DNA of 64,000 bases from Nitrospirales bacterium. GTDB lineage: Bacteria > Nitrospirota > Nitrospiria > Nitrospirales > UBA8639. Under the pieces are notes generated by a model. That model was not told where the DNA came from, ran no database searches, and saw only the letters and a program-made list of their open reading frames with translations. Below, piece by piece: positions 1 through 8,902 of the stretch; position 1 is the first letter of the stretch, and each line of letters begins with the position of its first letter. The DNA lies in the NCBI GenBank assembly GCA_965203295.1, contig CBDBCZ010000019.1, forward strand, positions 2,048,001-2,112,000, written 5' to 3'. The position numbers and the translations under genes are program-made.

Positions 1-977
1 TCCTGCACAGTTTCTTTTCCCTTCCTTCCTGGGCTTCTGGAAAAATCGTTATCTATTCTGGACGGGCCGAGCGTCTGATTAAATCAGCGCTTGACGAATT
101 TCAATCTCAAACCGGCATTCAAGTTGACATGCTGACAGGAGAAAGCACTCAACTGATTAATCGCCTTCAAGCAGAAGGAAAACATACTCCAGCGGACGTA
201 TTCATTACCAACGATGCTGGTACTTTGGAAAGAGCCAGAAAACTGAAATTGCTCCGCCCCTTAAATATGAAAGAAATTAATCGTGCGATCCCTTCACATT
301 TTCGTGCTCCAGACAATAGCTGGGTAGGGTTATCAGGCCGAATATGGGTTGTGGTCTACAACACCAATCTCGTCAAGCCCAACCAAATTACTTCCATTTT
401 GGATTTGGCTGATCCTCAGTGGAAAGGAAAGATTGGGATCACGAATGCAGGAAGTGTGTATCTTCAAACAGGAGTTTCTGTCATTCGGGCTATCAAAGGT
501 GAGGGAGAAACGGAACGATTCCTCAAGGGGCTCAAGGCGAATGCCGGCAATGCCGTCTATGGGAAAAATCGTCAAATTGTTGCAGCCGTTGCCCAAGGGG
601 AACTCGCTGCTGGAATCGTGAATCATTATTATATTTACCGCCACCTTGCCAAACACCCCGATGCTCCCATTGCTCTTCGCCTGACTGACCAAAGTCCTCA
701 AGGAATGGGGGTCATTATGAATGCCTCCGGCATAGGCGTCACCGCCTATTCCAAAAACGTGGATGAAGCGAAGCGCTTGGTTCAGTTTCTTGTTTCAAAA
801 GCTGGACAGAAGATATTTGCCGATGTGAATAAAGAATATTCCCTGCATCCTGGCGTGAAGGCAGATCCAGCTCTCCCGCCACGGGACAGTTTTCATGTCG
901 CCCAAGTTCCACTCACTCAGTTGGCAGATTTACGTGATCCAACTCTGACTGCGATTGAACGTATTGGCCTCCGCTAA
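1..977 (+). CDS. Fe3+ ABC transporter periplasmic binding protein (FutA/FbpA family), 5'-partial
   Basis: Frame is open from position 3 (..WASGKIVIYSGRAERLI..), so the start lies upstream of the window. TPADVF and VNHYY motifs typical of FutA/FbpA. Followed by permease and ATPase. Confidence 0.9.
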   Translation, partial: LHSFFSLPSWASGKIVIYSGRAERLIKSALDEFQSQTGIQVDMLTGESTQLINRLQAEGKHTPADVFITNDAGTLERARKLKLLRPLNMKEINRAIPSHFRAPDNSWVGLSGRIWVVVYNTNLVKPNQITSILDLADPQWKGKIGITNAGSVYLQTGVSVIRAIKGEGETERFLKGLKANAGNAVYGKNRQIVAAVAQGELAAGIVNHYYIYRHLAKHPDAPIALRLTDQSPQGMGVIMNASGIGVTAYSKNVDEAKRLVQFLVSKAGQKIFADVNKEYSLHPGVKADPALPPRDSFHVAQVPLTQLADLRDPTLTAIERIGLR

Positions 978-2580
978 CGGCTTCATTGCTCCTTCCCGAG
1001 TGTCTTGGGTCTTCCCCTCTTCTCTTTCAATTTTGGCCCTGAGTTTAGCTGGGCTTATCGCTCTTCCATTAGTGTATGTCTGTTATACAGCCCTTTCCGT
1101 GGACCTTCCCGTTTGGCAACGACTGTGGACGACTCGTATACCTGAACTCTTTCTGAACACCCTTTCCTTAGCTGTGGGAGTTTCCTTCGGTACCTTGCTG
1201 ATCGGAATCTCCCTTGCCTGGATCCTGACACGGTATCGATTTCCAGGAAGCCAGATCTGGGAATGGGCCGTCATCCTTCCCCTTGCCATACCTTCCTATG
1301 TCCTCGCATACATCTATACCTATCTCCTCGGACGAGGAGGCCCCCTTGAGAAACTATGGCAAGGGTTGATGGGACCAGAAAGCCACCTGTTTTCTCCATT
1401 CAGTTTTTGGGGGGCTGACTTAGTCATGACTCTCAATACCTTTCCCTTTATCTATCTGTTGACTAGAGCAGCCTTTGCAAACTTCAATGTCTGTTTTGAA
1501 GAAGTCGCTCGTGCCTCTGGAGCCGGCCCAGTTCGAAGATTTTTCTTTGTCTCATTACCGATGATCCGGCCATCCTTAATCGCCGGCCTGTTTTTAGCCA
1601 TTCTCTACGTTGTCTCGGATTTTGGAGCCGTGGCCCTTTTGCGATACCAAACCTTTACCTATGCCATCTACCAACAGATGACCAGCCGCTACGACTATAC
1701 CGCAGCGGCGTGTCTTAGTCTTTTGTTGGTTCTCTGCGCATTCCTCTTTTTATTCGCTGAGCGCCGGTTCAGAAAGCAAAGTCGTTTTTTCCAAACAACA
1801 GGCCCTTTCCGTCGGATCACACCGAAACCTTGTACTCCCATGTTCACCTTTCTCGTCACTGGTTATTTCATTCTCATTGTCAGCGCAGCTTTCGGCTTGC
1901 CTCTTGTCCTCCTGATAGATTGGACCATGGGCGCCGCAGTCCAGGGAAATGTGACCATCCGGTTTATCGAATTCGTTTGGAACAGTATGGTGTTGTCAGG
2001 CTCAGCTGCGACCTTAGCCATCATTATCGGGACCCCGCTGGCCTACTTGGCGTGGCGACGCCCCACAACGCTCAATATTTTTTGCCTCCAGGGAGCATAT
2101 GCCGGGTATGTCCTTCCCGGCCCTGTTGCCGCATTAGCGTTGTTAATGCTCGTCATGGAAAATATTCCTATTCTTTTCGGTACAGTATGGATTCTGATTC
2201 TGGCCTATCTTGTACATTTTTTGCCCGCTGGTCTTCAGGCAATGGAATCTGCGCTACAGCAGGTTAAGCCGAATTTGGAGGAAGCTGCACGAAGTCTGGG
2301 GTCGCGAGGAATTCGGAGCTTTTATGAAGTCACCCTCCCCTTGGTTCGAGGAGGATTTTTTAGTGCATGGATTTTGATTTTCATCCAATGCATGAAAGAA
2401 TTACCTGCAACGCTCTTATTGCGGCCTGTGGGGTTTGATACTCTAGCGGTGCGAATATGGTTGGAAGCCAGCGAAGAGTTGTATCAACTGGCTGCGCCCC
2501 CTGCCCTTTTGCTTATTATGATGACGATCCCTGTGGTAATCCTCTTAACGAGAAAAATGAATCGAATCAGCAGAGGATAA
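955..2580 (+). CDS. Fe3+ ABC transporter permease (FbpB/FutB)
   Basis: Two fused permease halves with EAA loops (FEEVARASGA, LEEAARSLGS); KELPATLLLRP motif; many TM segments. Confidence 0.9.
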   Translation: MNVLASANGFIAPSRVSWVFPSSLSILALSLAGLIALPLVYVCYTALSVDLPVWQRLWTTRIPELFLNTLSLAVGVSFGTLLIGISLAWILTRYRFPGSQIWEWAVILPLAIPSYVLAYIYTYLLGRGGPLEKLWQGLMGPESHLFSPFSFWGADLVMTLNTFPFIYLLTRAAFANFNVCFEEVARASGAGPVRRFFFVSLPMIRPSLIAGLFLAILYVVSDFGAVALLRYQTFTYAIYQQMTSRYDYTAAACLSLLLVLCAFLFLFAERRFRKQSRFFQTTGPFRRITPKPCTPMFTFLVTGYFILIVSAAFGLPLVLLIDWTMGAAVQGNVTIRFIEFVWNSMVLSGSAATLAIIIGTPLAYLAWRRPTTLNIFCLQGAYAGYVLPGPVAALALLMLVMENIPILFGTVWILILAYLVHFLPAGLQAMESALQQVKPNLEEAARSLGSRGIRSFYEVTLPLVRGGFFSAWILIFIQCMKELPATLLLRPVGFDTLAVRIWLEASEELYQLAAPPALLLIMMTIPVVILLTRKMNRISRG

Positions 2581-2684
2581 CTCTCCAGCCTCAATCATTC
2601 GCTGATCCTTCACTCTGATTGACCAAAAAGGTCACTCCTCTTATGGATTGATAAACCGACCATCTGATAGACTGACCCCATTCC

Positions 2685-3782
2685 GTGCGTGCTCTCATGA
2701 CTTCACCTTCTGCCGACTCTTTACACACAAGCCAATCGCACCCTGTTCTTGCGCTGCAAAAGGTGACCTGTTCTTATCAAGCGGGATTTCCAGCCATCCA
2801 AAACATCTCTCTTTCCGCCGCGCAGGGGGAAATCATCTGTTTGCTAGGCCCGTCAGGATGCGGAAAAACGACGACTCTTCGAGCCATAGCAGGGTTTGAG
2901 ACTCTTGTATCAGGCGAAATATATTTAAACGGGCAGGTGGTCTCATCTCATTCGAAACATATCCCCCCGGAACGTCGACGAATTGGAATGGTATTTCAAG
3001 ATTATGCCTTGTTTCCCCACCTTCGAGTTGTGGACAATATCGCCTTTGGTCTGACTCACCTTCCTTCATCAGAACGTCTGGAAAGAGTCAAACATGTGCT
3101 TTCGCTCACGGGTCTTTCCCAATTGGAACGCCGATTTCCTCACGAGTTGTCTGGCGGACAACAGCAACGAGTGGCATTGGCGCGTGCTTTAGCCCCTCAG
3201 CCAGTGCTGCTATTATTGGACGAACCATTCAGCAACTTGGATCCTGACATGACATATAAAATGCGAGGCGAACTTCACCAACTGTTAAAGGAGACGAAAA
3301 CAACCGCTGTCTTAGTCACCCACGACCATGAAGAAGCCTTCACGATGGCTGATCATGTTGCGGTATTGCAGGAAGGATCGCTCGCACAGTTTGATACGCC
3401 TGAAAATATCTACCATTTGCCCACTTCACAATTTGTGGCGGAATTTGTGGGACAGGCTGATTTCGTCCCCGGTGTCATTGAAGATGGGGTTCCTATGACT
3501 GAGATTGGCCAATTTCCCAAACCCGAACAATATCAGGGAGGAAAAGAGGTTTGGCTTCTCATCAGACCCGATGATATCGGCATTGCCGACCCAGGGAAGG
3601 GAACGGCCACAATCGAATCTCGTCAATTTCGAGGATCTGAAAATCTCTACACGATTCAGCTCGCATCTGGCCAAATTATTCATTCCAGCGAAAGCTCCAC
3701 GACCATGTATTCTCCAGGTACCCCCGTGGAACTCAATATTCATGCAACCCATACCGTCCTGTTTGAACGTTCCTCTCCCTAA
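2685..3782 (+). CDS. Fe3+ ABC transporter ATP-binding protein (FbpC-like, C-terminal TOBE); start may be ATG 2697
   Basis: Walker A GPSGCGKTT, signature LSGGQQQR, Walker B LLLDEP. Confidence 0.9.
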   Translation: MRALMTSPSADSLHTSQSHPVLALQKVTCSYQAGFPAIQNISLSAAQGEIICLLGPSGCGKTTTLRAIAGFETLVSGEIYLNGQVVSSHSKHIPPERRRIGMVFQDYALFPHLRVVDNIAFGLTHLPSSERLERVKHVLSLTGLSQLERRFPHELSGGQQQRVALARALAPQPVLLLLDEPFSNLDPDMTYKMRGELHQLLKETKTTAVLVTHDHEEAFTMADHVAVLQEGSLAQFDTPENIYHLPTSQFVAEFVGQADFVPGVIEDGVPMTEIGQFPKPEQYQGGKEVWLLIRPDDIGIADPGKGTATIESRQFRGSENLYTIQLASGQIIHSSESSTTMYSPGTPVELNIHATHTVLFERSSP

Positions 3783-3946
3783 TTGTCCATTTTTCCAGCA
3801 CTTTTCTTTCGACACCGCTGTCGACATTATACATAGACCATCACCCCACACTACTTTCTCATTCGCTTCTAAGATGGAAGTGGTTATATAATAACGAGAG
3901 TGAGTGTTACGTAGAATTCGACTGAATGTTAAAGGAGGAGGAAACC

Positions 3947-4615
3947 ATGAAAAGAATGGGAATACGATTATCAGCATGGTTGGCCGCTTTCTTGGTGGGG
4001 AGTGCCTTGACCTTGGCAATGGCCATTCCCTCCCAAGCCATCGAGTATCCACATGGTACGACCCATGGTGATGTTGGACATCATGGGAAAGGCTCCTCAA
4101 GCCATGGCATGAGTCATCCTGGGACGGGGCATGGATCCGGATTGGGACACCATGGTACAGGGTCACGCCACGGCATGGGCGCTCGTCATGGAGCTCATCA
4201 AAACGCTAGCGATTTCATCAAGCACGTGTTGAAGTTCAAGGATGGGATGGCCATTACTCAAGATCAAGAAAGGCGCCTCAAGGCTATCAACATCACGTAC
4301 AAGAAAACTCGGATAAAAATGAAAGCCGAAGTCAAGCTTGCAAACCTTGATTTACACGAAACACTGAAGAATGAAACTTCGAGTCTGTCTGATATCGAAT
4401 CGCAACTCAAGAATGTTCATGCTCTCAAGGCTGATCTCTATCTGGCATCAATTAAAGCCAAGCGTGAGGCTAAGGGTGTTCTCACCGATGAGCAGCGGAA
4501 ACGAATGAAAGCCGTTCATGATCGCATCAAAGGCTATGGATCAAAAATGATGCGATCGGGTCACCCTGGCTGGTATAAACACCACGGGAAGGGAAAAGAC
4601 AACGATACGTATTAA
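3947..4615 (+). CDS. Periplasmic Spy/CpxP/ZraP-like protein with His/Gly-rich N-terminal region
   Basis: SD AGGAGGAGG before ATG 3947; signal peptide (SQA cleavage); two LTxxQ-like motifs (ITQDQ, LTDEQ); 12 His in about 52 residues. Confidence 0.75.
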   Translation: MKRMGIRLSAWLAAFLVGSALTLAMAIPSQAIEYPHGTTHGDVGHHGKGSSSHGMSHPGTGHGSGLGHHGTGSRHGMGARHGAHQNASDFIKHVLKFKDGMAITQDQERRLKAINITYKKTRIKMKAEVKLANLDLHETLKNETSSLSDIESQLKNVHALKADLYLASIKAKREAKGVLTDEQRKRMKAVHDRIKGYGSKMMRSGHPGWYKHHGKGKDNDTY

Positions 4616-4634
4616 TCAAGTTTAAGAATGATCA

Positions 4635-4672
4635 CTCATGAAAAAGGGGCCAAGCGCCCACTTTTTCATGAG
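4635..4672. terminator. Probable bidirectional terminator between convergent genes
   Basis: Inverted repeat CTCATGAAAAAG-GGGC / GCCC-A-CTTTTTCATGAG. Confidence 0.7.
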
Positions 4673-4680
4673 GAACAATT

Positions 4681-5031
4681 TCAGCATCCCTTTTGCGAGG
4701 CACCTTGGATAAACCCTGTTTTATCCATTTCAAAGGTCATCTCGCAGGTTCTTGATGATCCATAGAGCTGGCTACCAGAAGGACGTCGAGAGATCTTTGT
4801 CCTATAGATCGCCTTTCGCCACCCTCCCGGCAATTCTACCTCTTCCGTAGGTGTTCCAAATGTAGCCACGAGTTCTTCGCGATGAAGGCCGTTCCATTCA
4901 TCCATTGGTGCTGCTGATAAAGAACATCCCCCTACCAAACTCAGAACAGCGATCACAGATAAGTTTCGCAGGAGTCGTAACCCGCCTTGGTGGCGTGGCC
5001 TTGGGCCACTATGATTGCATTGGGCATTCAT
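4681..5031 (-). CDS. Hypothetical lipoprotein
   Basis: Lipobox-like LVGGC; ATGA overlap with the apbE stop; ELVATFGTP motif. Confidence 0.6.
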   Translation of the reverse strand: MNAQCNHSGPRPRHQGGLRLLRNLSVIAVLSLVGGCSLSAAPMDEWNGLHREELVATFGTPTEEVELPGGWRKAIYRTKISRRPSGSQLYGSSRTCEMTFEMDKTGFIQGASQKGC

Positions 5032-6068
5032 CGGGCGCGTCCAAACCCTTTCCTAGTCGGAGAAGGCGATTCTTCTATCTGTAACCGGCCTTGAAGACCA
5101 GAGGAAATCCATATCTCACCTTTTTCATCAACGATAACAGCCTCGACCCCAGGCAAGCTTTCAACAAGAGCGATTCCTTGCTCTGAACCCATGACAAAAA
5201 TTCCCGTGTCTAGTCCATCGGCCACAACCCCTTCTTTCGCGATGACCGTTGCACTCTGGGATGATCGTGCAGGCTTCAATGTCCTCGGGTCTAAAATATG
5301 ATGATACCGCACATTATCACGGATGAAGAAACGTTGATAATCCCCAGCAGTGGATACCGCTTCATTTTCCAACTCCAACCGCGCCAAGAATTGGCCCTGT
5401 TCTTTACGTGGGTGTTGAATACCAAAGAGAAACTTCTGTCCATCTGGCATAAGCCCAAACGTTTTAATATCACCGGACAAAGCCACCACACCAGCCGTTG
5501 CTCCTGCTGCCTGCATTTTCGTCGCAGCAAGGTCTGCTGCGAACCCTTTTCCAATACCCCCGATATCGACCTGCATCCCTTTCTTAGTCAAGAACACTGT
5601 CTGATCTTCTTGTTTAATTTTAAGGCTCGATAGATCCGTGAGAGGAAGAATATCTGTCAATTCTTGATCCGAGGGTAGTTGCCCCTCTTGGCTGGCTCTC
5701 CAGACAGAAACTGCAGGTCCAACCATAATATTGAAACCTCCTCGAGTCAGAATCGCCATCTCTAGGGAACGCTCTAAGACTTCAAGAGTATCGCGACTCA
5801 CTGAAACAGGGTTTTCTCCAGCAGATGCATTGACCTGAGAAAGCTCACTCTCCGGAATCCAAATGCTCAAGAGCTTTTCCAAACGCTGGATCTCACTCAA
5901 ACCCGCTTCTGCCGCTTCTTGGGCTGTGTTTTCATCTTGCGCCACAGCCGTCACGAATACCAGGGTGCCCATGAGCATTTGGCTTCGTTTGACGACTGAA
6001 GACGTCGATTGAAAGCCGCTTAAAATAAGACCGGTCAAAACGACGAAAAGGATCGAAAAATAGGACAT
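5028..6068 (-). CDS. apbE: FAD:protein FMN transferase ApbE
   Basis: LMGT, DIGGIGKGFAAD, STAGDYQR, YHHILDPRT and ADGLDT motifs. Confidence 0.93.
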   Translation of the reverse strand: MSYFSILFVVLTGLILSGFQSTSSVVKRSQMLMGTLVFVTAVAQDENTAQEAAEAGLSEIQRLEKLLSIWIPESELSQVNASAGENPVSVSRDTLEVLERSLEMAILTRGGFNIMVGPAVSVWRASQEGQLPSDQELTDILPLTDLSSLKIKQEDQTVFLTKKGMQVDIGGIGKGFAADLAATKMQAAGATAGVVALSGDIKTFGLMPDGQKFLFGIQHPRKEQGQFLARLELENEAVSTAGDYQRFFIRDNVRYHHILDPRTLKPARSSQSATVIAKEGVVADGLDTGIFVMGSEQGIALVESLPGVEAVIVDEKGEIWISSGLQGRLQIEESPSPTRKGFGRAR

Positions 6069-6074
6069 GAACGA

Positions 6075-6665
6075 CTAACTCGTGTGATGCCGCATGAAAT
6101 ATCTAAAACGGGGGTATGGCACGACTTCGAAAAGGCGGGCTTCATAAACTTCTGGGTTGAGTGAGAGAGAGGTGATGGGAAGGTGGGATAATTCCGGATA
6201 ATCGCTTGGAGATAAATCCTTTGAAGAGTCAGGATTTGCCGAAACAGAAATCGTCATTTTTCTGTCATAGTATGGTGATGAAATTTGAACATCCCAGTAC
6301 CCCGAATCATAGATTCCCTTCCCCTCAATGTGAAACGTGAGAGAGAGTTGAGCCATCGAACGAAAGACCCCTTCTTGAATTTGAATCCGCGTGACTTCAT
6401 ATTCTCCATCAGGAAGTGGGAGATAAAAGGACGAATCCTTAGCTTCCACATCGACTCGATAGCGTTGCCTGGTTTGGCGATTTGTGATTTCAAAAAAACG
6501 CACCTCCGGGTGATAACGACGATTTGATGGGCCTGAGAGATCAGATGCGATTCGTCCAAAGACCAAGGAGGAACCTGAGGGAACCTTAGCAGGATGGGCC
6601 TGGAATGTGTTCACACCCCCCCATAGCCCTAACTGAATGGTTATCAAAAACGCCAGCAATCTCAC
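6075..6665 (-). CDS. Hypothetical exported protein, first gene of the apbE operon
   Basis: SD GGAAGGG 8 nt before GTG 6665; hydrophobic N-terminus; beta-rich body (LVFGRI, FYLPLPDGEYEV); stop 6 nt upstream of apbE. Confidence 0.65.
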   Translation of the reverse strand: MRLLAFLITIQLGLWGGVNTFQAHPAKVPSGSSLVFGRIASDLSGPSNRRYHPEVRFFEITNRQTRQRYRVDVEAKDSSFYLPLPDGEYEVTRIQIQEGVFRSMAQLSLTFHIEGKGIYDSGYWDVQISSPYYDRKMTISVSANPDSSKDLSPSDYPELSHLPITSLSLNPEVYEARLFEVVPYPRFRYFMRHHTS

Positions 6666-6757
6666 GATATGAACCCTTCCATATTGATATATATAGCAGG
6701 ATTCTTGACCTATTTCCAAGCACAATCAAGGCAATCGATGGAATTCATAGGGTCCCC

Positions 6758-6804
6758 TTGACAATGGCAGAATTTTTTCTGTATTAATAATAATTCTCAT
6801 TTTC
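6758..6804 (+). promoter_or_regulatory. sigma70 promoter overlapped by a Fur-like box
   Basis: TTGACA 6758-6763, 18 nt spacer, TATTAA 6782-6787. AATAATAATTCTCATTTTC (6786-6804) matches 14/19 of GATAATGATAATCATTATC. Confidence 0.7.
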
Positions 6805-6837
6805 ATAAAGAATTAAAATCCAGAATCAAAATCACAG

Positions 6838-7047
6838 ATGAAAATCTCAAAGAACGAAACAGATTGCAACCTTCTCACGATCTCCAAGCCAGACTATGAC
6901 CTACCCGAAGCACGCTGCCATTGCGGTCACTTAGTCGCTCGGTTACGAGAAACCGGAGTGGAATTAAAATGCAAGCGGTGCAAACAGATTGCACTCATTC
7001 CCTTTGAGCACATGGCCGAATTCCAAGACCCTAAATGGGCTGACTGA
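6838..7047 (+). CDS. Mu Com-like zinc-ribbon protein (putative RNA-binding translational regulator)
   Basis: 69 aa with RCHCGHLVARL...GVELKCKRCKQ (CxC-x15-CxxC), resembling the Mu Com pattern RCxxC..LL....IEIRCxRCK. Confidence 0.75.
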   Translation: MKISKNETDCNLLTISKPDYDLPEARCHCGHLVARLRETGVELKCKRCKQIALIPFEHMAEFQDPKWAD

Positions 7048-7066
7048 AAACTTTTACACATAACTT

Positions 7067-7202
7067 GATTGCTCAGAGCACCACGGCCATTTAACACGAA
7101 TAGAATATAAACCCATAGCCAAGAAGGTTTCATAGCACCGTATAACATTTCATTGAGGGCCTAAGAGTCCCCTGTTGAACTTAAGAGGACCATCGAGTTC
7201 CA
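7067..7202 (+). promoter_or_regulatory. Array of Com-site-like RNA hairpins in the porin 5' leader
   Basis: GAGGGCCTAAGAGTCCCC (7155-7172) and GAGGACCATCGAGTTCCA (7185-7202), 30 nt apart. Degenerate copies GATTGCTCAGAGCACC (7067-7082) and GAAGGTTTCATAGCACC (7123-7139). Confidence 0.65.
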
Positions 7203-7221
7203 ACTTAGTGGAGTAAGATTT

Positions 7222-8667
7222 ATGAAACGATGGTTTTTTCTGTGGGCTCTCTCTCCCTTGATGATTGGCTCAATTCTTTTTGGTTTCACGAGCCAGCTCT
7301 CCGCCGAAGAACTCACGCCTGCCCAACAAGAGGCTGTTCAGAAGGCTGTCCAACAATACCTCAAAGAACAAGGGTACATTGACAGTGGGATGACGCAATC
7401 TGCCGCACCCCCCACTGGATTTGGACAACCTGCTCCCCAATCGAGCAAAAAGAGTCTTGAAGAATTGTCCAAACCCACAAGTGCCACCAACAAATACGGA
7501 TCAACGATGGAGGGATCAGGTAAATTGATCTATGCTCGTCCCTTCGTGTCTTCACCGAAAGCCATTCTCGGTGGTTACTTTGATTTCGAATATTGGAACA
7601 AAGCCAACGATGGGAAAAATAGCTATTTTGACCAGCATCGACTCGTTCCGTTCATTTACGGTGACGTCAGCGAACACGTCAAATTTGCTGCAGAAATCGA
7701 GATCGAGCATGGTGCGGGAAATGAAGACGGAAACACAGACGTGAAAGTGGAATTCGCCTCCATGGATTATCTGGTGACAGAGCCCTTAAACTTCCGGGCC
7801 GGCATCCTTCTCCTTCCACTCGGTAAGTTTAACCTGCTCCATGACGCGCCACTCCGGGACCTCACCGAACGACCCTTGGTAGCGCAACGAATTATCCCAT
7901 CAACCCTTCACCAGCCAGGGGTCGGCCTATACGGCACCTTTTACCCCACGATCTTATCCCAGTTGAACTACGAATTATACGTCACGAGTGGATTTACGGA
8001 CGCCTTTGGTACCGATGATGCGACTGCTGCTTCAAATATCAATACTTCGAATGGATTACGGTCTGCTCGAACCAACGACACAAGTTTTGACAACAATCAA
8101 GGAAAAGCAATGGTAGGACGTGTCGCCTTTAGCCCAATCCTCGGAGTGGAGCTTGGCGGGTCTGGATTTGGCGGTACTTACGACAAAAACGGCGACAGAA
8201 TGCTCTACATCTGGGCGCTTGATTGGACCATTCAACGTGGGCCTTTTGAACTCATCGGAGAAAGCGCCTGGGCTTACATCGAAGAGAACAATTTACAACA
8301 GGGCAACAATATGCCAGTAGCGTCTCTCACCAACTCCGAGCGGATGTGGGGTTACTATATACAGGCTAATTACCACTTTCTTCCGCAGTGGTTGACAAAT
8401 CTGGCCCCATCGCATTTCAGACAGGAAATTTCGACTTTGACTGCTGTGGTACGGTGGGAAGAACTGAATCTTGGCGCGGATCTTGACGATAATACTGAGG
8501 CTGGCAAATCAGGAGAACGACAACGCGTGACGTTTGGGTTCAATTTCCGGCCCACCGAAGACTCGGTCGTCAAACTGGATTATCAATACAGTCCAAAGGA
8601 CGTCAACACTGAAGGAGAAAGAATCCAGGACTATGGGTTTGTAGGCTCTGTCGCCACTTATTTCTAA
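7222..8667 (+). CDS. Outer-membrane beta-barrel porin (OprO/OprP-like superfamily)
   Basis: Signal peptide, alternating beta-strand pattern (KFAAEIEIEHG, NFRAGILLLPLG, YYIQANYHF), C-terminal Phe (ATYF). Confidence 0.8.
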   Translation: MKRWFFLWALSPLMIGSILFGFTSQLSAEELTPAQQEAVQKAVQQYLKEQGYIDSGMTQSAAPPTGFGQPAPQSSKKSLEELSKPTSATNKYGSTMEGSGKLIYARPFVSSPKAILGGYFDFEYWNKANDGKNSYFDQHRLVPFIYGDVSEHVKFAAEIEIEHGAGNEDGNTDVKVEFASMDYLVTEPLNFRAGILLLPLGKFNLLHDAPLRDLTERPLVAQRIIPSTLHQPGVGLYGTFYPTILSQLNYELYVTSGFTDAFGTDDATAASNINTSNGLRSARTNDTSFDNNQGKAMVGRVAFSPILGVELGGSGFGGTYDKNGDRMLYIWALDWTIQRGPFELIGESAWAYIEENNLQQGNNMPVASLTNSERMWGYYIQANYHFLPQWLTNLAPSHFRQEISTLTAVVRWEELNLGADLDDNTEAGKSGERQRVTFGFNFRPTEDSVVKLDYQYSPKDVNTEGERIQDYGFVGSVATYF

Positions 8668-8694
8668 AGAAGGATCAAGACGAGGCCTGAAGAG

Positions 8695-8731
8695 AAGGAG
8701 GGGTGGGTTGGTCCACCCCTTCTTAGTTTTT
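8695..8731 (+). terminator. Rho-independent terminator after the porin
   Basis: 12-bp stem AAGGAGGGGTGG/CCACCCCTTCTT followed by AGTTTTT. Confidence 0.75.
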
Positions 8732-8804
8732 ATGACTCCTTACTTAATTGCGACCCCGCTCTCGAGCGACCGTTCATGAGACAGTCGTAGCTCAAACCAA
8801 TCGG

Positions 8805-8867
8805 TTGACCGAGATATGATGGAATGCTACAATCTGAAGATTATTAATCATAATGAGAATCAACTTC
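8805..8867 (+). promoter_or_regulatory. sigma70 promoter (extended -10) followed by a Fur-like box
   Basis: TTGACC-17 nt-TACAAT preceded by TG. CATAATGAGAATCAACTTC (8849-8867) matches 14/19 of the Fur consensus. Confidence 0.7.
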
Positions 8868-8902
8868 ATAATGTAAGATTTTGATTCTTAATCTCAATTT
8901 TC

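Noticed and set aside
6590..6625. Hidden lipobox (WGC) in another frame of the 6075-6665 gene at a G7 run
   Set aside because: Would need two compensating frameshifts; cannot be supported without homologue alignment.
6838..7047. Com-like gene as evidence of a Mu-like prophage
   Set aside because: No mom/methylase, invertase, tail or transposase genes nearby; context is a Fur-boxed iron locus.
7067..7202. CRISPR array in the roughly 30-nt periodic repeats
   Set aside because: Units are only 17-18 nt, degenerate, with about 13-nt gaps and no cas genes.
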